64,000 nucleotides of DNA from Methanosarcinaceae archaeon UBA470 (lineage in GTDB: Archaea > Halobacteriota > Methanosarcinia > Methanosarcinales > Methanosarcinaceae), in the NCBI GenBank assembly GCA_002508425.1, contig DAKU01000147.1:44458-108457 (forward strand), read 5' to 3'. The notes under the pieces are model-generated. The model was not told the origin of the DNA. It saw only the letters and a program-made list of their open reading frames with translations, and did no database searches. Position numbers and translations under genes: made by a program. Positions 19,591 through 31,732 of this stretch are shown piece by piece (positions within the stretch are counted from its first letter, which is position 1; each line of letters begins with the position of its first letter).

Positions 19591-21783
19591 TTACATTGAG
19601 AGGTAATCAGATGCCTGTGGTATCTCCTTCTTCAGACCCTTTCTTTGTCTGATGGTTCCTACTACCTCACTCAATAGGTTTGTTGGTAGTGTTTCAAAGC
19701 CAGCGAATTCTGTGCTCCACATTGCACGTCCCTCTGTTGCCGACCTGATGTCGCCGGCAAAACCAAACAGTGCAGCTACAGGCGCCCTTGATTCTATTAC
19801 TGTTGTGTCACCTTCAGTTTGCATATCCATAATTATGCCGCGGCGACCCTGTATTTCCTTTGTAGCTCCGCCCATCTGGTCCTGTGGTACCTGTATGAAC
19901 ACTTTCTGGTATGGTTCAAGGAGTGTATCGCCAGCCATAAGCATTGCTGCCTGTATGGACTGTCTTGAAGCAGGAATTACCTGTGCAGGTCCCCTGTGCA
20001 CTGCGTCTTCGTGCAATTTAGCATCCACTAATTTTACCTTAATTCCCATACATGGTTCTCTTGACAAAGGTCCGGCCTTCATAACTTCCTCGAATCCTTC
20101 GAGAATAAGCTCCATAGTTTCGTTAAGGTACTGAATACCTTTTGTCATATCTATATAGACATTGGACTCAAATATCTCAACTATGCCCTTCGCCTCATCC
20201 TTGCTCATTCCGGCGGCCATGAGCTTCTCACGGCGTTCCAGCTCCTGCATGGTCATGGAAACGTCGCCATTACGGATAAGTTCCAGTACTTCCGGTTCAA
20301 GAGATTCGATCTCCACATAGAACCTGTTGTGCCTGTTGGGTGATTTTCCTTCCACAGGGCCTGCCTTACCACGAATTGTCTCACGGTATACTACTATCGG
20401 GGGTGTGGTGGTGATCTCTACTCCCTTGTCACGCTGTATTCTGTGTGCAATGACTTCGAGGTGCAGCTCGCCCATACCTGCCATCAGGTGTTCACCTGTT
20501 TCTTCATCAAGGGTTATCTTGAGTGTCGGGTCTTCTTTTGCCACCTGTCTCAGTACCTCAACGAGTTTTGGCAGGTCTTTCATGTGTTTTGCTTCCACTG
20601 CCACTGTTACTACAGGTTCACTGCCATGTTTTATGCTTTCAAATGGCGTCATGTTTTCCAGAGTGGTCACTGTGGAACCGACGATTGCATCCCTAAGGCC
20701 TGTAACGGCTGCAATGTTACCTGCAGGTATCTTTTCTACTTCGAGCCTCTCAGGACCCATGAAAATACCTACTTGCTGTATCCTGTTCTTCTTTGCAGCA
20801 CCGGATACATAAACTTCCATACCACGTGTCAGGCTTCCACTGAAAAGCCTTCCGGTGGCTACTTCTCCTGCATGTGGGTCCATTGATATGTCTGTGACCA
20901 TGAATGTAAGATCCGCAGAAGCGTCAGCGGTCATCATGGCTTTCCCAATTGGTGATTCTTTATCCCCATGCCAGATAGCTGCTACTCTTCCCTTCTGTGC
21001 CTGAAGTGGATTTGGCAGGAATCTTACAACCATGTCGTTTACTACTTCATGCAAGGGACATTTTTCAGCAAGAGCCTTCATGTCTTCTTTCTTACAGTAG
21101 TCGTAGACCTGATTGAAACTGATCCCAGTCCTTTTCATCATTGGTACACTGATTGCCCAGTTATAGAGCGCAGAACCGAAAGCTACAGTACCTGCAGCAG
21201 CATCAACTTTCCAGCCTGCCTTATATCTCTCTTCGTTCATGCCTTTGATGAGTTTGTTGACGTGGTCGATAAGTTTTCCCAATCTTACCTGCATTTCCTG
21301 AGAGTCAACCTGCAGCTCATTTATGAGGCGGTCTACCTTATTAATGAAGAGTACGGGCTTGACATGCTCTCTTAGGGCCTGCCTCAGCACTGTCTCTGTC
21401 TGTGGCATTGTACCCTCTACTGCATCAATAACTACTACTGCACCATCTACTGCACGCATTGCACGGGTAACGTCTCCGCCGAAGTCAACGTGGCCAGGTG
21501 TGTCTATAAGGTTAATGAGGTATTCCTGTCCATCGTACTCGTGTACCATTGAGACGTTGGATGCATCGATGGTAATTCCTCTTGCCTGTTCTTCTTCATC
21601 AGAATCCATGAAGAGCTGCCGACCTGCCAGCTCTTTGGATATCATTCCGGCTCCTGCCAGCAGGTTATCCGATAGTGTGGTTTTACCGTGATCGATATGT
21701 GCAACTATACCAATGTTGCGTATTTTTTCAGGTGTGCCCATCAACGAAGTGACGCGCTCCACCATCTTCTTTCTTCTTCCCAT
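19591..21783 (-). CDS. fusA: translation elongation factor 2 (aEF-2)
   Basis: 730-aa ORF with [17 protein letters not shown] and NKVDR, plus the diphthamide-region [11 protein letters not shown]. Confidence 0.97.
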   Translation of the reverse strand: MGRRKKMVERVTSLMGTPEKIRNIGIVAHIDHGKTTLSDNLLAGAGMISKELAGRQLFMDSDEEEQARGITIDASNVSMVHEYDGQEYLINLIDTPGHVDFGGDVTRAMRAVDGAVVVIDAVEGTMPQTETVLRQALREHVKPVLFINKVDRLINELQVDSQEMQVRLGKLIDHVNKLIKGMNEERYKAGWKVDAAAGTVAFGSALYNWAISVPMMKRTGISFNQVYDYCKKEDMKALAEKCPLHEVVNDMVVRFLPNPLQAQKGRVAAIWHGDKESPIGKAMMTADASADLTFMVTDISMDPHAGEVATGRLFSGSLTRGMEVYVSGAAKKNRIQQVGIFMGPERLEVEKIPAGNIAAVTGLRDAIVGSTVTTLENMTPFESIKHGSEPVVTVAVEAKHMKDLPKLVEVLRQVAKEDPTLKITLDEETGEHLMAGMGELHLEVIAHRIQRDKGVEITTTPPIVVYRETIRGKAGPVEGKSPNRHNRFYVEIESLEPEVLELIRNGDVSMTMQELERREKLMAAGMSKDEAKGIVEIFESNVYIDMTKGIQYLNETMELILEGFEEVMKAGPLSREPCMGIKVKLVDAKLHEDAVHRGPAQVIPASRQSIQAAMLMAGDTLLEPYQKVFIQVPQDQMGGATKEIQGRRGIIMDMQTEGDTTVIESRAPVAALFGFAGDIRSATEGRAMWSTEFAGFETLPTNLLSEVVGTIRQRKGLKKEIPQASDYLSM

Positions 21784-21825
21784 AATACTACCCTGTAATC
21801 ACTATTATTTTCAGTAATGAACAGC

Positions 21826-22386
21826 TTAACGTGCTGCCTTTGCAACTCTTTCTTTAGCATCTTTCCTGTTAATGGAGAAACACTTTGCATCACGATTTGC
21901 TGCAGCTATTAGTTCTGCTGCAAGACATTCAGCCAAGGATTTTCTTGATTTGAATGCTGCCTGGCTTGCTCCCATGGATATATATCTCAGAGCGCTGTCA
22001 ACACGTCTCTGTGGTGCAGTGTCCACTGCTTTAGGAACAGAGATACCTCCGTACTTAAGCCTGACTACCTCTTCTCTGGGGCCAGCATTAGCAATAGCCT
22101 CTAAAAGCACCTGTACAGGGTTCTTCTTGGTCTTTTTATTAATTATCTCAAGAGCCTCATCCACTGTGCGCATTGCGAGCTGCTTCTTGCCTGTGTTCTT
22201 TTGACTTCTCATCATACTGTTGACAAGACGCTCAACTATTAACATATTTGATTTGTTGAACTGTTGACGTGCGTGTCTGCCACTTGAATGTGGCAATATG
22301 ACTGGGTCTAGGTTTGCATACCTTTTAAGTCCAAGGTCTACCACCTCTACCTCTGCAAGGTCCCATTTCCCGTATAGTTTGTACAT
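21826..22386 (-). CDS. rps7: 30S ribosomal protein S7 (uS7)
   Basis: 186-aa ORF in the conserved S12-S7-EF2 order, with typical archaeal uS7 sequence ([16 protein letters not shown]). Confidence 0.95.
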   Translation of the reverse strand: MYKLYGKWDLAEVEVVDLGLKRYANLDPVILPHSSGRHARQQFNKSNMLIVERLVNSMMRSQKNTGKKQLAMRTVDEALEIINKKTKKNPVQVLLEAIANAGPREEVVRLKYGGISVPKAVDTAPQRRVDSALRYISMGASQAAFKSRKSLAECLAAELIAAANRDAKCFSINRKDAKERVAKAAR

Positions 22387-22392
22387 TGACGA

Positions 22393-22821
22393 TTATCTCC
22401 TTGGTTTCTCTTTACGGCCAATGACCATCTGGTTCAGGGACACGTTGTTGACTGCGATTACTTTGAAACGTACTCCGGGAATATCTCCCATTGCACCACC
22501 CATGCGTCCTCCGATTCTCTCTACTGTCACTTCATCGTGTTCATCAATAAAGTTGATAGCACCATCTCCAGGGCAGAATGCAGATACCTGACGACCATTC
22601 TTGATCAACTGTATCCTTACACATTTCCTTATGGCAGAGTTTGGCTGTTTTGCTTCTACTCCTATCTTCTCAAGTACTATTCCTCTTCCCTGTGGAGCTC
22701 CTCCAAGGGGGTCGGCCTTTACGTCCAAACCAAGCGTACGCCTGTTATACTGGGTGTCTTTCCACCTAGCACTTTGGCGAATGCTCTTTAAGGTATGAGC
22801 TGCATATTTTCCATTTGGCAT
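22393..22821 (-). CDS. rps12: 30S ribosomal protein S12 (uS12)
   Basis: 142-aa ORF with the uS12 core [34 protein letters not shown]. Confidence 0.95.
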   Translation of the reverse strand: MPNGKYAAHTLKSIRQSARWKDTQYNRRTLGLDVKADPLGGAPQGRGIVLEKIGVEAKQPNSAIRKCVRIQLIKNGRQVSAFCPGDGAINFIDEHDEVTVERIGGRMGGAMGDIPGVRFKVIAVNNVSLNQMVIGRKEKPRR

Positions 22822-22880
22822 AATATTTCCTCTAAGATTTTATCACAATAATGTTTGCGCTTTGCCCTTATTTCTACAAG

Positions 22881-23315
22881 TCACTGAAGTATAACATCAT
22901 TTATGTCATGGTGCCTCTGAGCAACCATTTTCACTTTTTCGATGTTTTTTCCCTCACGCCCAATAGCTAGTCCCTTTTCTTTGTTCGAGACCTCTACATA
23001 AGCCAGACGTCTATCATTTTTTGTAGTAATATTAACTGTTTTCACAGTTACAGGACCAAAAGCATTCTTTATGAATATGACCGGATCATCTGAATATTCC
23101 ACGAGTTCAACATGCTTATCAACAGTTTTCTTTATACGGTTTATGTGGTCGCCATTTCTACCAATGGCTGCTCCCATGTCACCTGCTTTCACCACATATA
23201 TTATGCGATCTTCCTCAACAATGCAATCCTTTACGGTTGCACCTGTAACACTTTCAAATAATGCGATGTATCTTATTCCTTCTGTTGAAAGCCTGATCTC
23301 GCCCAAGTCAAGCAA
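22881..23315 (-). CDS. nusA: NusA-like KH-domain transcription termination/antitermination factor
   Basis: 144-aa ORF with two KH GxxG motifs (AAIGRNG, LAIGREGKN), at the conserved position between L30e and S12. Confidence 0.9.
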   Translation of the reverse strand: MLDLGEIRLSTEGIRYIALFESVTGATVKDCIVEEDRIIYVVKAGDMGAAIGRNGDHINRIKKTVDKHVELVEYSDDPVIFIKNAFGPVTVKTVNITTKNDRRLAYVEVSNKEKGLAIGREGKNIEKVKMVAQRHHDINDVILQ

Positions 23316-23321
23316 CTCCTT

Positions 23322-23609
23322 TTAAACTGCTGCCAGTATATCGGACTCGCCCGTTTCCAGGACCGCAAGGGCAGCGATTACAAAAGGTTTTCCACAAACG
23401 GGGCCAAGTTCCATGTTAGTACCGGTATATTTGAGTACAGGTACATTTGTAGACTCAATCTGTGCTCTTATTTCTGTCGGGCAGTTGGAAGCAAGAACTA
23501 CTATTTTAGCATTTCCACTAACAGCAGCGTCGATGGTGCTCTTTGAGCCGATCACCACCTTTCCTGTCCTGATTGCCTTGATTAATGCTTTGTCGATATT
23601 AATATCCAT
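23322..23609 (-). CDS. rpl30e: 50S ribosomal protein L30e (eL30)
   Basis: 95-aa ORF with L7Ae/L30e-fold sequence ([11 protein letters not shown]...[11 protein letters not shown]), at the conserved position after rpoA''. Confidence 0.9.
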   Translation of the reverse strand: MDINIDKALIKAIRTGKVVIGSKSTIDAAVSGNAKIVVLASNCPTEIRAQIESTNVPVLKYTGTNMELGPVCGKPFVIAALAVLETGESDILAAV

Positions 23610-23718
23610 ATATTACCATCTCTTATGCAATTTGAACCTAAGGTCTGTATTCTAATAAGTGAATCCTTATATCTACTTTCTGGTTGTTCTTCTGTAATCC
23701 GTATATCATTTTGATATC

Positions 23719-24861
23719 TTACTTGGCGATAAGGTGTACATCTCCGGTTCCGAGTTTAATCGGTTGTCCGACTATGATATTCTCAGTAACACCATTAAGT
23801 TCGTCAACATCACCACGCATCCCGGCATCAAGCAAGTGGTTTACAGTAACCTCAAAAGCAGCACGTGCAAATACACTGGCTTTTTCACCTGAAATTCCAT
23901 GACGGCCAATTTGCTTAACTTCTCCGTCACAGCACATGATATCGGAAACTAACATTATGTGCCTGATATCTACTGTAAGACCCTGTTCTCCCAGTGTGCT
24001 GGTTGCTTCTTTAATAATAGCATTCCTTGCAGCCTCTATCCCAAATACCTCATATATCTCACCAATATTGTTGGTATAGGTGCGGCTGATGTCCACTCCT
24101 TCTACTTCCAGCACTTTCTTTAATTGAGAACCTTCGGTATAGAGCATATATTCGTTTCCATCTTTGCGTATGACAACTCTTTTGATGCCTTCTATTCCCT
24201 TCAAGGTGATACCATTGATGTTCTTTGCCATCTGTAATAATTCCCTGTATGAAGGTTCCTTTGGTTTCACAATGAGTTGGTTCTCAATGTTCTCTGACAG
24301 TTTCACCGGTACGCCCAATTCATCACTTAGTTTCTTGATCAGCTCATCTGCGGTTATACTTCTTTGCATCAGAGTCTTCTCATGCAGGTCAATTATTAGC
24401 TGCATGTTCAGCAGGTCAGTGGTAACATCCGCAAGCTGGTCTATATGTGTAGCTTCAATTTCCCATGCGAGTTTACGGGCTTTGTCTCTGTCTTGGGCAT
24501 ATTCTTCCAGAACAGCAATGGTCATTGTAGGAGTACTTGGTTCCTTTCTTGCATCAACTATCTCTATAAGACGTGGAAGTCCCAGTGTAACGTTGATTTC
24601 AGCCACACCGGCGTAGTGGAATGTACGCATCGTCATCTGAGTGCCTGGTTCTCCTATGGACTGGGCTGATACCACACCCACTGCTTCGCAGGGCTCTACC
24701 TTTGCGTACTCGTAGTTTTCCTTCACCTTTTCGATGATTTCTTCAAGCTCTTTCTTGTTAACTCCTGCTTTTATTACATCCTCTTTAAGAGTTTGGAGCA
24801 TGCTTAAGGGCAGATCAAGATTACTAAGCATTGAGTCTATAGTAGATTCAATCAGAGCCAT
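23719..24861 (-). CDS. rpoA2: DNA-directed RNA polymerase subunit A''
   Basis: 380-aa ORF with the [17 protein letters not shown] trigger-loop block, directly after A' (1-nt gap). Confidence 0.97.
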   Translation of the reverse strand: MALIESTIDSMLSNLDLPLSMLQTLKEDVIKAGVNKKELEEIIEKVKENYEYAKVEPCEAVGVVSAQSIGEPGTQMTMRTFHYAGVAEINVTLGLPRLIEIVDARKEPSTPTMTIAVLEEYAQDRDKARKLAWEIEATHIDQLADVTTDLLNMQLIIDLHEKTLMQRSITADELIKKLSDELGVPVKLSENIENQLIVKPKEPSYRELLQMAKNINGITLKGIEGIKRVVIRKDGNEYMLYTEGSQLKKVLEVEGVDISRTYTNNIGEIYEVFGIEAARNAIIKEATSTLGEQGLTVDIRHIMLVSDIMCCDGEVKQIGRHGISGEKASVFARAAFEVTVNHLLDAGMRGDVDELNGVTENIIVGQPIKLGTGDVHLIAK

Positions 24862-24862
24862 T

Positions 24863-27505
24863 TTAATTCACCTTCCGTCCTGTCACTGCTTCTACTATCT
24901 TATGCACATTGTCAGGCTTACTGTAATCGCTCTTTGTCGAGTCGATACCATCTTCTCCGTATTTGAACTGCACAATGACTCCTCTAGTTTCCCTTACGGT
25001 GCCATCATATTGCACTTCAAGATCTTGCAGAGCGTTGACAAGCCTTCTTTGCAGGTATCCTGATTGTGATGTACGCACGGCAGTATCCACAAGACCTTCA
25101 CGTCCTCCTATTGCGTGGAAGAAGTATTCTGTCGGGGACAATCCGCTCTTGTAGCTGGCTTTGACGAATCCGTGTGCATCGGCTCCAAGGTCACCTTTGT
25201 CAAAGTGAGGCAATGTTCTGCCTGCATATCCTCTTCTTATACGCTCACCACGAACTGCCTGTTGTCCAACACAGGCAGCCATCTGTGTAAGGTTAAGCAT
25301 GGATCCTCTTGCTCCCGACTTGGCCATTATAACCGCTGAGTTTTCCAGACCAAGTTGATTACCTGCAATGTTACCGGTTTGGTCCCTTGCCTTACCAAGT
25401 GTCTGCATAATCTTCATTTCAATAGTCTCATCGAGGGTTCTTCCTGGCAAAGGTTCCAGTTCTTTTGCCTCGTAAGCTGCGATCAGGTCCTTTACCTCGT
25501 TCTCAGCTTTATCCAGAACTTCCTTTATATTCTTCTTTGCAGTTTCAGGAATATCTTCGTCGCTGATACCAAAACTCAGACCGGTCTTCATAACGCCCCT
25601 TATGGCAAGTCTGGTAAAATCATCCACAAATTTTGCACCAGCTGTAGTACCGTATGTCTTCACGACCTTGTCAAGTATGATACCTTTGAAAGCCCCTATC
25701 GCCCTTTCGTCGATTGTGCCTTGTATCATCTCTCCATTGCGGATCACAACATAGGCGTTATATTCACAGGCTTCCTTCTTACAAACATCGCATTTAAAAC
25801 ACACTTCAGCAGGAAATTCTGCATTCAGTCCTTTGGGGAGAATCTGACTGAATATTTGCTTACCATTCCAATATGGGTCGCCATTTTCCTTATGTCCTGC
25901 AGGCTCTGGTAATTCTCTGATTTCTGCTTTTCTGAGAAGTTCCAGGGCTTCGTTTTTAGTAATACGGTTCTCGTTCCTTGTAAGCAGGAACATACCCGAT
26001 ATATGGTCGTGGATACCTCCTATGATAGGCCCACCGAAACGTGGTGAAAGGATGTTTTCCTGTACCTGCATGAGTATGCTTGCTTCAGCTCTTGATTCCT
26101 CAGTCTGCAGCACATGCATGTTCATCTCATCCCCATCAAAGTCAGCGTTATATGGCGGGCATACCGCAGGATTAAGTCTGAATGTTTTGTTCGGAAGGAC
26201 TTTGACTTGGTGAGCCATGATACTCATTTTGTGAAGGGATGGCTGCCTGTTAAACAGTACAATATCCCCATCCATGAGTTGTCTCTCAACTACCCATCCT
26301 TTCTCCAGCTTCTCAGCCAGTTCTTCCTTATTGTTCTCTGTGATCTTGATACGCCTTCCATCTTGACGGATGATATAGTTAGCCCCCGGGTGAACCTCGC
26401 TTCCCTTTAGGATGTACATCCTTAGAAGCTCTGTATTCCTTTCAATGACTCTCTCAGGGATGGTCATCTGAATAGCTATGGCTTCAGGTACTCCTACCTC
26501 ATTGATACTAAGGTTTGGGTCTGGGGATACTACGGTACGTGCAGAGAAATTAACACGTTTACCTGACAAGCTTCCTCTGAAACGTCCTTCTTTTCCTTTG
26601 AGACGCTGAGTAAGTGTTTTTAATGGTCTTCCTGATCTGTGCCTTGCAGGTGGTACTCCGGATACTTCGTTATCGAAGAAGGTCGTCACGTGGTATTGTA
26701 GCAATTCCCATAGATCCTCTATGATCAGCTGTGGGGCCCCTGCATCCCTGTTCTCCTGGAAGCGCTGGTTTATACGTATGATATCCACAAGTTTGTGAGT
26801 CAGATCATCTTCACTTCTCTGACCGGATTCAAGTGTAATAGAAGGCCTAACTGTTACCGGTGGTACGGGTAATACAGTAAGGATCATCCACTCTGGCCTT
26901 GCACATGATGGATCCATTCCGAGCACTTTTACATCATCGTCTGATATGTTCTCAAACCTATCCCTAATTTCAGTAGGTGTAAGTTTGTGCCCATCCTCTA
27001 TGTATTCAGTTGGTTTTTCAAACTTAATCTCCAACTGCTCGGCTCCACAATATGGACAAACCTTTGTCTTTCTCGCTTCTTTGAACACCTCATTGATTGC
27101 AGGATCGGGAAGGTGTCCCATTTCGTGAAGTTTATTGATCTGGGCAAGGAAATCCTTTTTCTTCGGAGGTTCCAGCAAAAGGGCACTGCAATTGCGACAT
27201 ATTGAACGCAAAGTCTTACGAATGGTCTTGTTAAAACCAACATGTACTACCGGTGCAACTAATTCAATATGTCCAAAGTGTCCAGGACATTCTCCTGCTC
27301 TACTTCCACAAGTCTTACATTTAAGTCCGGGATCTATAACTCCAAGTCTAAGATCCATTAATCCCATGTCTATAGGGTAACCATCATCATCGTAGGTATC
27401 TGCAGTAATGATGTTGGTGACACTCATTTTTCTGACCTCTCTTGGAGAGATCAGGCCAAATTGTATTGCAGATATCCTTTTAGGTATGGAAGGTATTGTA
27501 TCCAT
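24863..27505 (-). CDS. rpoA1: DNA-directed RNA polymerase subunit A'
   Basis: 880-aa ORF with the Zn motif [20 protein letters not shown] and the catalytic [11 protein letters not shown]. Confidence 0.97.
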   Translation of the reverse strand: MDTIPSIPKRISAIQFGLISPREVRKMSVTNIITADTYDDDGYPIDMGLMDLRLGVIDPGLKCKTCGSRAGECPGHFGHIELVAPVVHVGFNKTIRKTLRSICRNCSALLLEPPKKKDFLAQINKLHEMGHLPDPAINEVFKEARKTKVCPYCGAEQLEIKFEKPTEYIEDGHKLTPTEIRDRFENISDDDVKVLGMDPSCARPEWMILTVLPVPPVTVRPSITLESGQRSEDDLTHKLVDIIRINQRFQENRDAGAPQLIIEDLWELLQYHVTTFFDNEVSGVPPARHRSGRPLKTLTQRLKGKEGRFRGSLSGKRVNFSARTVVSPDPNLSINEVGVPEAIAIQMTIPERVIERNTELLRMYILKGSEVHPGANYIIRQDGRRIKITENNKEELAEKLEKGWVVERQLMDGDIVLFNRQPSLHKMSIMAHQVKVLPNKTFRLNPAVCPPYNADFDGDEMNMHVLQTEESRAEASILMQVQENILSPRFGGPIIGGIHDHISGMFLLTRNENRITKNEALELLRKAEIRELPEPAGHKENGDPYWNGKQIFSQILPKGLNAEFPAEVCFKCDVCKKEACEYNAYVVIRNGEMIQGTIDERAIGAFKGIILDKVVKTYGTTAGAKFVDDFTRLAIRGVMKTGLSFGISDEDIPETAKKNIKEVLDKAENEVKDLIAAYEAKELEPLPGRTLDETIEMKIMQTLGKARDQTGNIAGNQLGLENSAVIMAKSGARGSMLNLTQMAACVGQQAVRGERIRRGYAGRTLPHFDKGDLGADAHGFVKASYKSGLSPTEYFFHAIGGREGLVDTAVRTSQSGYLQRRLVNALQDLEVQYDGTVRETRGVIVQFKYGEDGIDSTKSDYSKPDNVHKIVEAVTGRKVN

Positions 27506-27517
27506 TTTCTATCCCCT

Positions 27518-29332
27518 TCACACAGCATCGTCCAATTTTAGTCTCGGTGCTACTCCAAGCGACTTGATTTCATCAAGTAGCAGCTTGAAAGCATAGCTCA
27601 TTTCCACCGGGTGAATATCAGTTTCAGCACCACAGCTTGCGCAGTATCTAATGTTCCTCTTACGGTCAAAGGTTGCTATCATACCGCAGTGTCCACAAAC
27701 AAGCTCTACTACCTTGTCGGACTCATCAAGCAATCTTTCCTTCAGTGTCATGGCAGCTCCATGTCCAATAAGAACATCACGCTCCATTTCTCCGAACCTC
27801 AGACCTCCTTCCCTTGCCCTACCTTCAGTTGGCTGGCGGGTAAGCACCTGTACGGGTCCACGGGACCTGGCATGCATCTTGGAGGCGACCATGTGGTGTA
27901 GTTTCTGATAAAGAATCACGCCAACGAACACATCTGCAGGTATTCTTTTTCCAGTGACACCATCGAAGAATACCTCTTTACCTGTGTGGGCAAATCCTTG
28001 TCTTTTAAGGCCTGCACGCAGATCCTCTTCGTTCTCTCCTGCGAATACAGTTGCATCGATACGTCTGCCTTCCATGCTGCCTACTTTACCTCCTATCATT
28101 TCAAGCACATGTCCAACTGTCATACGAGAGGGGATAGCATGTGGGTTTATGACAAGGTCTGGAACCGTTCCGTTTTCCGTAAAAGGCATGTCTTGGTATG
28201 GTACTATAAGTCCAATAACTCCTTTCTGTCCATGCCTGGATGCGAACTTGTCCCCAATTTCGGGTACCCTTTGGTCCCTTATCTTTACTTTTGCAAGGCG
28301 AGTACCGTTTATTGACTCTGTGAGAATGACAGTGTCTACAATGCCTTTCTCATTGGAACGCATTGTTATTGCGCTTTCTCTACGCTGTTCTACGGTGATG
28401 CCGAAATCAGATTGCTCTTCAAGGAAACGTGGCGGGCTGGTCTTGCCTATCAGCACATCGTTTGGACCAACCAATGTTTCAGGGTTCACAAGTCCATCTA
28501 CATCAAGGTTGGAATATGCTTCAGGACTACGTGCTCCTCTGTATTCAGAGTCAGGTATTTCGAATTTGTCTTCCTGACCTCCCGGGTATCTTCTTTCTTC
28601 TCCTTCAAAAGTCCTAATGAAATGGCTTCTTCCAAGTCCTCTTTCAATGGAACCTTTGTTAAAGACAAGTGCATCTTCAATATTGTGACCTTCAAATGAC
28701 ATTACGGCTACTACGAAGTTCTGTCCAGCGGGTCTGTCATCAAAAGCAATGTTCTCGCATGTCATGGTCCTTACAAGTGCTTTCTGAGGGTAGTGAAGGA
28801 CATGTGCACGAGTATCAGGTCTAAGCTTTGTGTTTGATGTGGATACGCCTATACACTGCTTAACCATGGCTGCTCCCATTGTATTACGGGGAGAAGCATT
28901 ATGTTCGGGGTAAGGTACCATGCCAGTACAAATACCCAGAATAAGGCTTGGGTCTATTTCGAGGTGTGTATTGTTTGGAACAATCCCAGCCTCTGTAAGG
29001 GCGATAAAAGCGTTTTCTTCTTCTTCGGCATCCAGGTATTCAACAATTCCTTCCTTTACAAGATCGTCATAGGTAATCTCTCCCTTCTTCAGAGGCTCCA
29101 TATACTCTTCAGTTAAAAGCGATCTGCCATTCTCAACTACTATTAAAGGTCTCCTTGCCCTTCCAATATCGGAGTTAATGATGACCTCATGAATATCCTC
29201 ATTGAGGGTAACGTTCACTTGTCTGGATATTACGCCGCTTCTCCGTTGTTTGCGAATGCTCTCCACAAGATCTTGTGGATTGCTGTGGGTACCGATGAGT
29301 TCCCCGTCCAAAAAAACTTTTGCTTCAGTCAT
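27518..29332 (-). CDS. rpoB1: DNA-directed RNA polymerase subunit B'
   Basis: ORF 27518..29356. The ATG at 29332 ([14 protein letters not shown]) is preferred. Conserved blocks [13 protein letters not shown] and GEMERD plus the C-terminal Zn motif CGHCG...CASCG are present. Confidence 0.95.
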   Translation of the reverse strand: MTEAKVFLDGELIGTHSNPQDLVESIRKQRRSGVISRQVNVTLNEDIHEVIINSDIGRARRPLIVVENGRSLLTEEYMEPLKKGEITYDDLVKEGIVEYLDAEEEENAFIALTEAGIVPNNTHLEIDPSLILGICTGMVPYPEHNASPRNTMGAAMVKQCIGVSTSNTKLRPDTRAHVLHYPQKALVRTMTCENIAFDDRPAGQNFVVAVMSFEGHNIEDALVFNKGSIERGLGRSHFIRTFEGEERRYPGGQEDKFEIPDSEYRGARSPEAYSNLDVDGLVNPETLVGPNDVLIGKTSPPRFLEEQSDFGITVEQRRESAITMRSNEKGIVDTVILTESINGTRLAKVKIRDQRVPEIGDKFASRHGQKGVIGLIVPYQDMPFTENGTVPDLVINPHAIPSRMTVGHVLEMIGGKVGSMEGRRIDATVFAGENEEDLRAGLKRQGFAHTGKEVFFDGVTGKRIPADVFVGVILYQKLHHMVASKMHARSRGPVQVLTRQPTEGRAREGGLRFGEMERDVLIGHGAAMTLKERLLDESDKVVELVCGHCGMIATFDRKRNIRYCASCGAETDIHPVEMSYAFKLLLDEIKSLGVAPRLKLDDAV

Positions 29333-30941
29333 CTGCAAAGCCTCCCATGCTATCATCCATATCTGAATAGTCGCTATATCCTAGATCGGGCTTCTCTTCT
29401 TCATGCGGAACTGTGTCAAATTCTTCAGTATACTCTTCAAGTTCTGCGTCATATTCCACTACTTTCTCCAGACGATGATGTGGAATGTTCGGTTTTACGT
29501 CCAGGTCCACTAATATCTTCTTTAGAATACTTTTCTCATCCACTCCAGTGGATAGCTCCACCATCTGTGCAAAGTTTTTCACCAGTCCACAATTTGGTCC
29601 TTCAGGAGTTTCGGATGGGCATAATCTTCCCCATTGTGTGGGGTGCAGGTCACGGGCCTCAAAGTGTGGTTGCGCCCTTGAAAGAGGGGATATCACACGT
29701 CTGAGGTGTGAGAGAGTTGAAATGTAATCCGTCCTGTCCAAAAGCTGAGATACACCAGTTCTGCCTCCAACCCAGTTACCTGTAGCAAGAGGGTGTTGTA
29801 ACCTATCAGTAAGTACGTCAGCTCTGACAAGAGTAACTACGTTCAGTTCACGGTTCCTCATGTTGGCTCTTTCAAGCTGATACTTCACATCTCTGGCCAA
29901 GCGGTTGAAAGCTACTCTGAATAGATCTTCCATCAGGTCGCCTGTCAGTTTAAGCCTCTTATTAGAATAGTGGTCTTTATCATCTTCAGAACGTTTCCCA
30001 AGAGCAAGCTCAAAACAGGATTCTGCCATTCTTCCAAGGAAATATGCCTTTGCAAATCTGTCCTTTGGTTCATTTCCAAGGTGAGGCAACAAATATCGAT
30101 CCATTACATAGTTGGCACGTTTCATCTGGTAGTCACGTGCCTGTCCTGCTGCGACCCTGGTACCTATTTTCTCAATAGCTTCGCGGATAGTGGCTACTTC
30201 GGCTTCTTCCAGGTTCTCGAGCATGAATTTCATAATTTCAGGGTCATTGGATACTGTGTTAACCAGGTCTTCATCAGTTTCCACACCCAATGCTCTCATC
30301 AGCGTTATGAAGTTGATACGGCCAGAGATAGATGGGAATGATACTTCAAGCAGGGATTTGCGTCCTCTTTCTACAACTACAAGTGCTCTATATCCTCTTC
30401 TTTGTGAGAACACCTTGGCAACTTCTATCATGTCGCCATATCTCTCCCCAAACTCAGTCAGTATTTTGTTAGGGGCAAGGTCCTCAAGGGTCATGACAAC
30501 CCTTTCGGTTCCATTTACAATAAAATATCCTCCGGGGTCCAGTGGATCCTCGCCAAAGTCTATCATCTCTTTCTCATTGAGGTCCACAAGATTACATATT
30601 GAGGATTTAATCATTACAGGTAACTGTCCGATCTTTGCCTCCACAGGTTCAGATTCTTCTTCGCCCTGCACTACATTCATCTGCAAGTATATGGGGGCTG
30701 AATAGGAAAGATTACGTAATCTTGCTTCGTTCGGATATAGCTTTTCGATAGCTCCATCTGCCTCTTTTACAACAGGCTTCTCCACCCTGATGTTCCCTAG
30801 CTTTATATATACGTCCTCTATATCGGTCTCAATAATTCCTTGTTCGTTAATTATGTTCTGTAGGCCACTTTCAAGGAATTTGTTGTATGAGTCGATATGG
30901 TGCTGGACGATCTTGTCCCTGGTAAAATATGCCGCTAACAC
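29325..30941 (-). CDS. rpoB2: DNA-directed RNA polymerase subunit B''
   Basis: 538-aa ORF with N-terminal beta-subunit blocks ([34 protein letters not shown]). Its TGA stop lies inside codons 2-3 of B' (8-nt overlap). It ends in an acidic tail. Confidence 0.95.
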   Translation of the reverse strand: MLAAYFTRDKIVQHHIDSYNKFLESGLQNIINEQGIIETDIEDVYIKLGNIRVEKPVVKEADGAIEKLYPNEARLRNLSYSAPIYLQMNVVQGEEESEPVEAKIGQLPVMIKSSICNLVDLNEKEMIDFGEDPLDPGGYFIVNGTERVVMTLEDLAPNKILTEFGERYGDMIEVAKVFSQRRGYRALVVVERGRKSLLEVSFPSISGRINFITLMRALGVETDEDLVNTVSNDPEIMKFMLENLEEAEVATIREAIEKIGTRVAAGQARDYQMKRANYVMDRYLLPHLGNEPKDRFAKAYFLGRMAESCFELALGKRSEDDKDHYSNKRLKLTGDLMEDLFRVAFNRLARDVKYQLERANMRNRELNVVTLVRADVLTDRLQHPLATGNWVGGRTGVSQLLDRTDYISTLSHLRRVISPLSRAQPHFEARDLHPTQWGRLCPSETPEGPNCGLVKNFAQMVELSTGVDEKSILKKILVDLDVKPNIPHHRLEKVVEYDAELEEYTEEFDTVPHEEEKPDLGYSDYSDMDDSMGGFADD

Positions 30942-31064
30942 TTTACTGCCCTCTGAAGTGATAATTACACCTAATTAGTTGATGGAAGGTATGAAGAACA
31001 TTACATAGCATAGCCACCGCAAAAGTGGCAATATAAAAAATAAACGCTCTCATTTGATATTATT

Positions 31065-31301
31065 TCACTCTATTACAAGCCTGTAATAAAGTGCCTGTCC
31101 AGCCGTTTGGCTTATCCTGTTTATCTTAACAACATCTCCAACCGATGCGCCAATTTCTTTCACTACAGGATCATTGATCTTGATTTTTGGGAATTGTTCC
31201 TTCTCTATCTTGTAGCGTTTTAAAACAGATTTCAACTCGTCATCACCCAAAATCTCGTGTTTTGGGATCAGTTCATTGTCGAGCAGGTTGAATTTATTCA
31301 A
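31065..31301 (-). CDS. rpoH: DNA-directed RNA polymerase subunit H (Rpo5)
   Basis: ORF 31065..31331. The inner TTG at 31301 is preferred because GGGAGGAG lies 6 nt upstream and the product (M)NKFNLLDNELIPKHEIL...YYRLVIE is 78 aa, the usual RpoH size. The ATG at 31331 remains possible. Confidence 0.85.
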   Translation of the reverse strand: MNKFNLLDNELIPKHEILGDDELKSVLKRYKIEKEQFPKIKINDPVVKEIGASVGDVVKINRISQTAGQALYYRLVIE

Positions 31302-31385
31302 ATTTTCTCCTCCCTCAAAAAGTGTGCACATGAATTGTTAATTAATTAGCAAAAAACATATACTAATGTAACGCCACGAGTTTCA

Positions 31386-31462
31386 TGGCGGGCTCGTAGG
31401 GATTTGAACCCTAGGCCGTCTGGTTAAAAGCCAGACGCTCTGCCTGACTGAGCTACGAGCCC
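31386..31462 (-). tRNA. tRNA-Lys (anticodon UUU), CCA encoded
   Basis: The reverse complement GGGCTCGTAGCTCAGTCAGGCAGAGCGTCTGGCTTTTAACCAGACGGCCTAGGGTTCAAATCCCTACGAGCCCGCCA has acceptor GGGCTCG/CGAGCCC, anticodon stem TCTGG/CCAGA with loop CTTTTAA, and T-arm TAGGG-TTCAAAT-CCCTA. Confidence 0.92.
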
Positions 31463-31732
31463 ATTATGTTTGTATGATTCTTTGCTGCTTACTTCCACAT
31501 CAGTTCGGTGTAGCCCTCAAAAACGTACTCAACATATATATACGTTTCGCAGGCACATTATAGGGTTAAACAGGTTTGGGATATTTCTATTCTTTGAATA
31601 TCCCATGTCGTTAAAAAAATGTATCCATAGGTTAGATGTATTTACATGATAACCTATTTATACTAAGTTTTCCTCAATTTTAAATCAAGTTCGGTTATTT
31701 CTCCTCTTTCATAATATGCGTTCTCAGGAGTT

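Noticed and set aside
18217-21691. Many long plus-strand ORFs (e.g. 18217..19224 at 335 aa, 19652..20134, 20327..20812, 21323..21691) inside the EF-1alpha and EF-2 genes
   Set aside because: They are antisense shadow ORFs of highly conserved, strongly codon-biased genes. Their translations are low-complexity Ser/Thr/Pro/Cys-rich with no motifs. The same applies to antisense ORFs inside the rpo, cfb, coaBC, ahcY and CobN-like genes.
29325-29520. Acidic C-terminal tail of RpoB'' (...[43 protein letters not shown]) as a possible unusual extension
   Set aside because: Without an alignment I cannot tell whether this tail is lineage-typical for Methanosarcinales B''. It is not reported as a finding.
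31578-31604. 8-bp hairpin GGGATATT-N11-AATATCCC downstream of ahcY as a terminator
   Set aside because: No T-tract follows it on the minus strand. The T8 run at 31612-31619 (minus-strand sense) upstream of it is the more likely archaeal terminator. The evidence is too weak to list.
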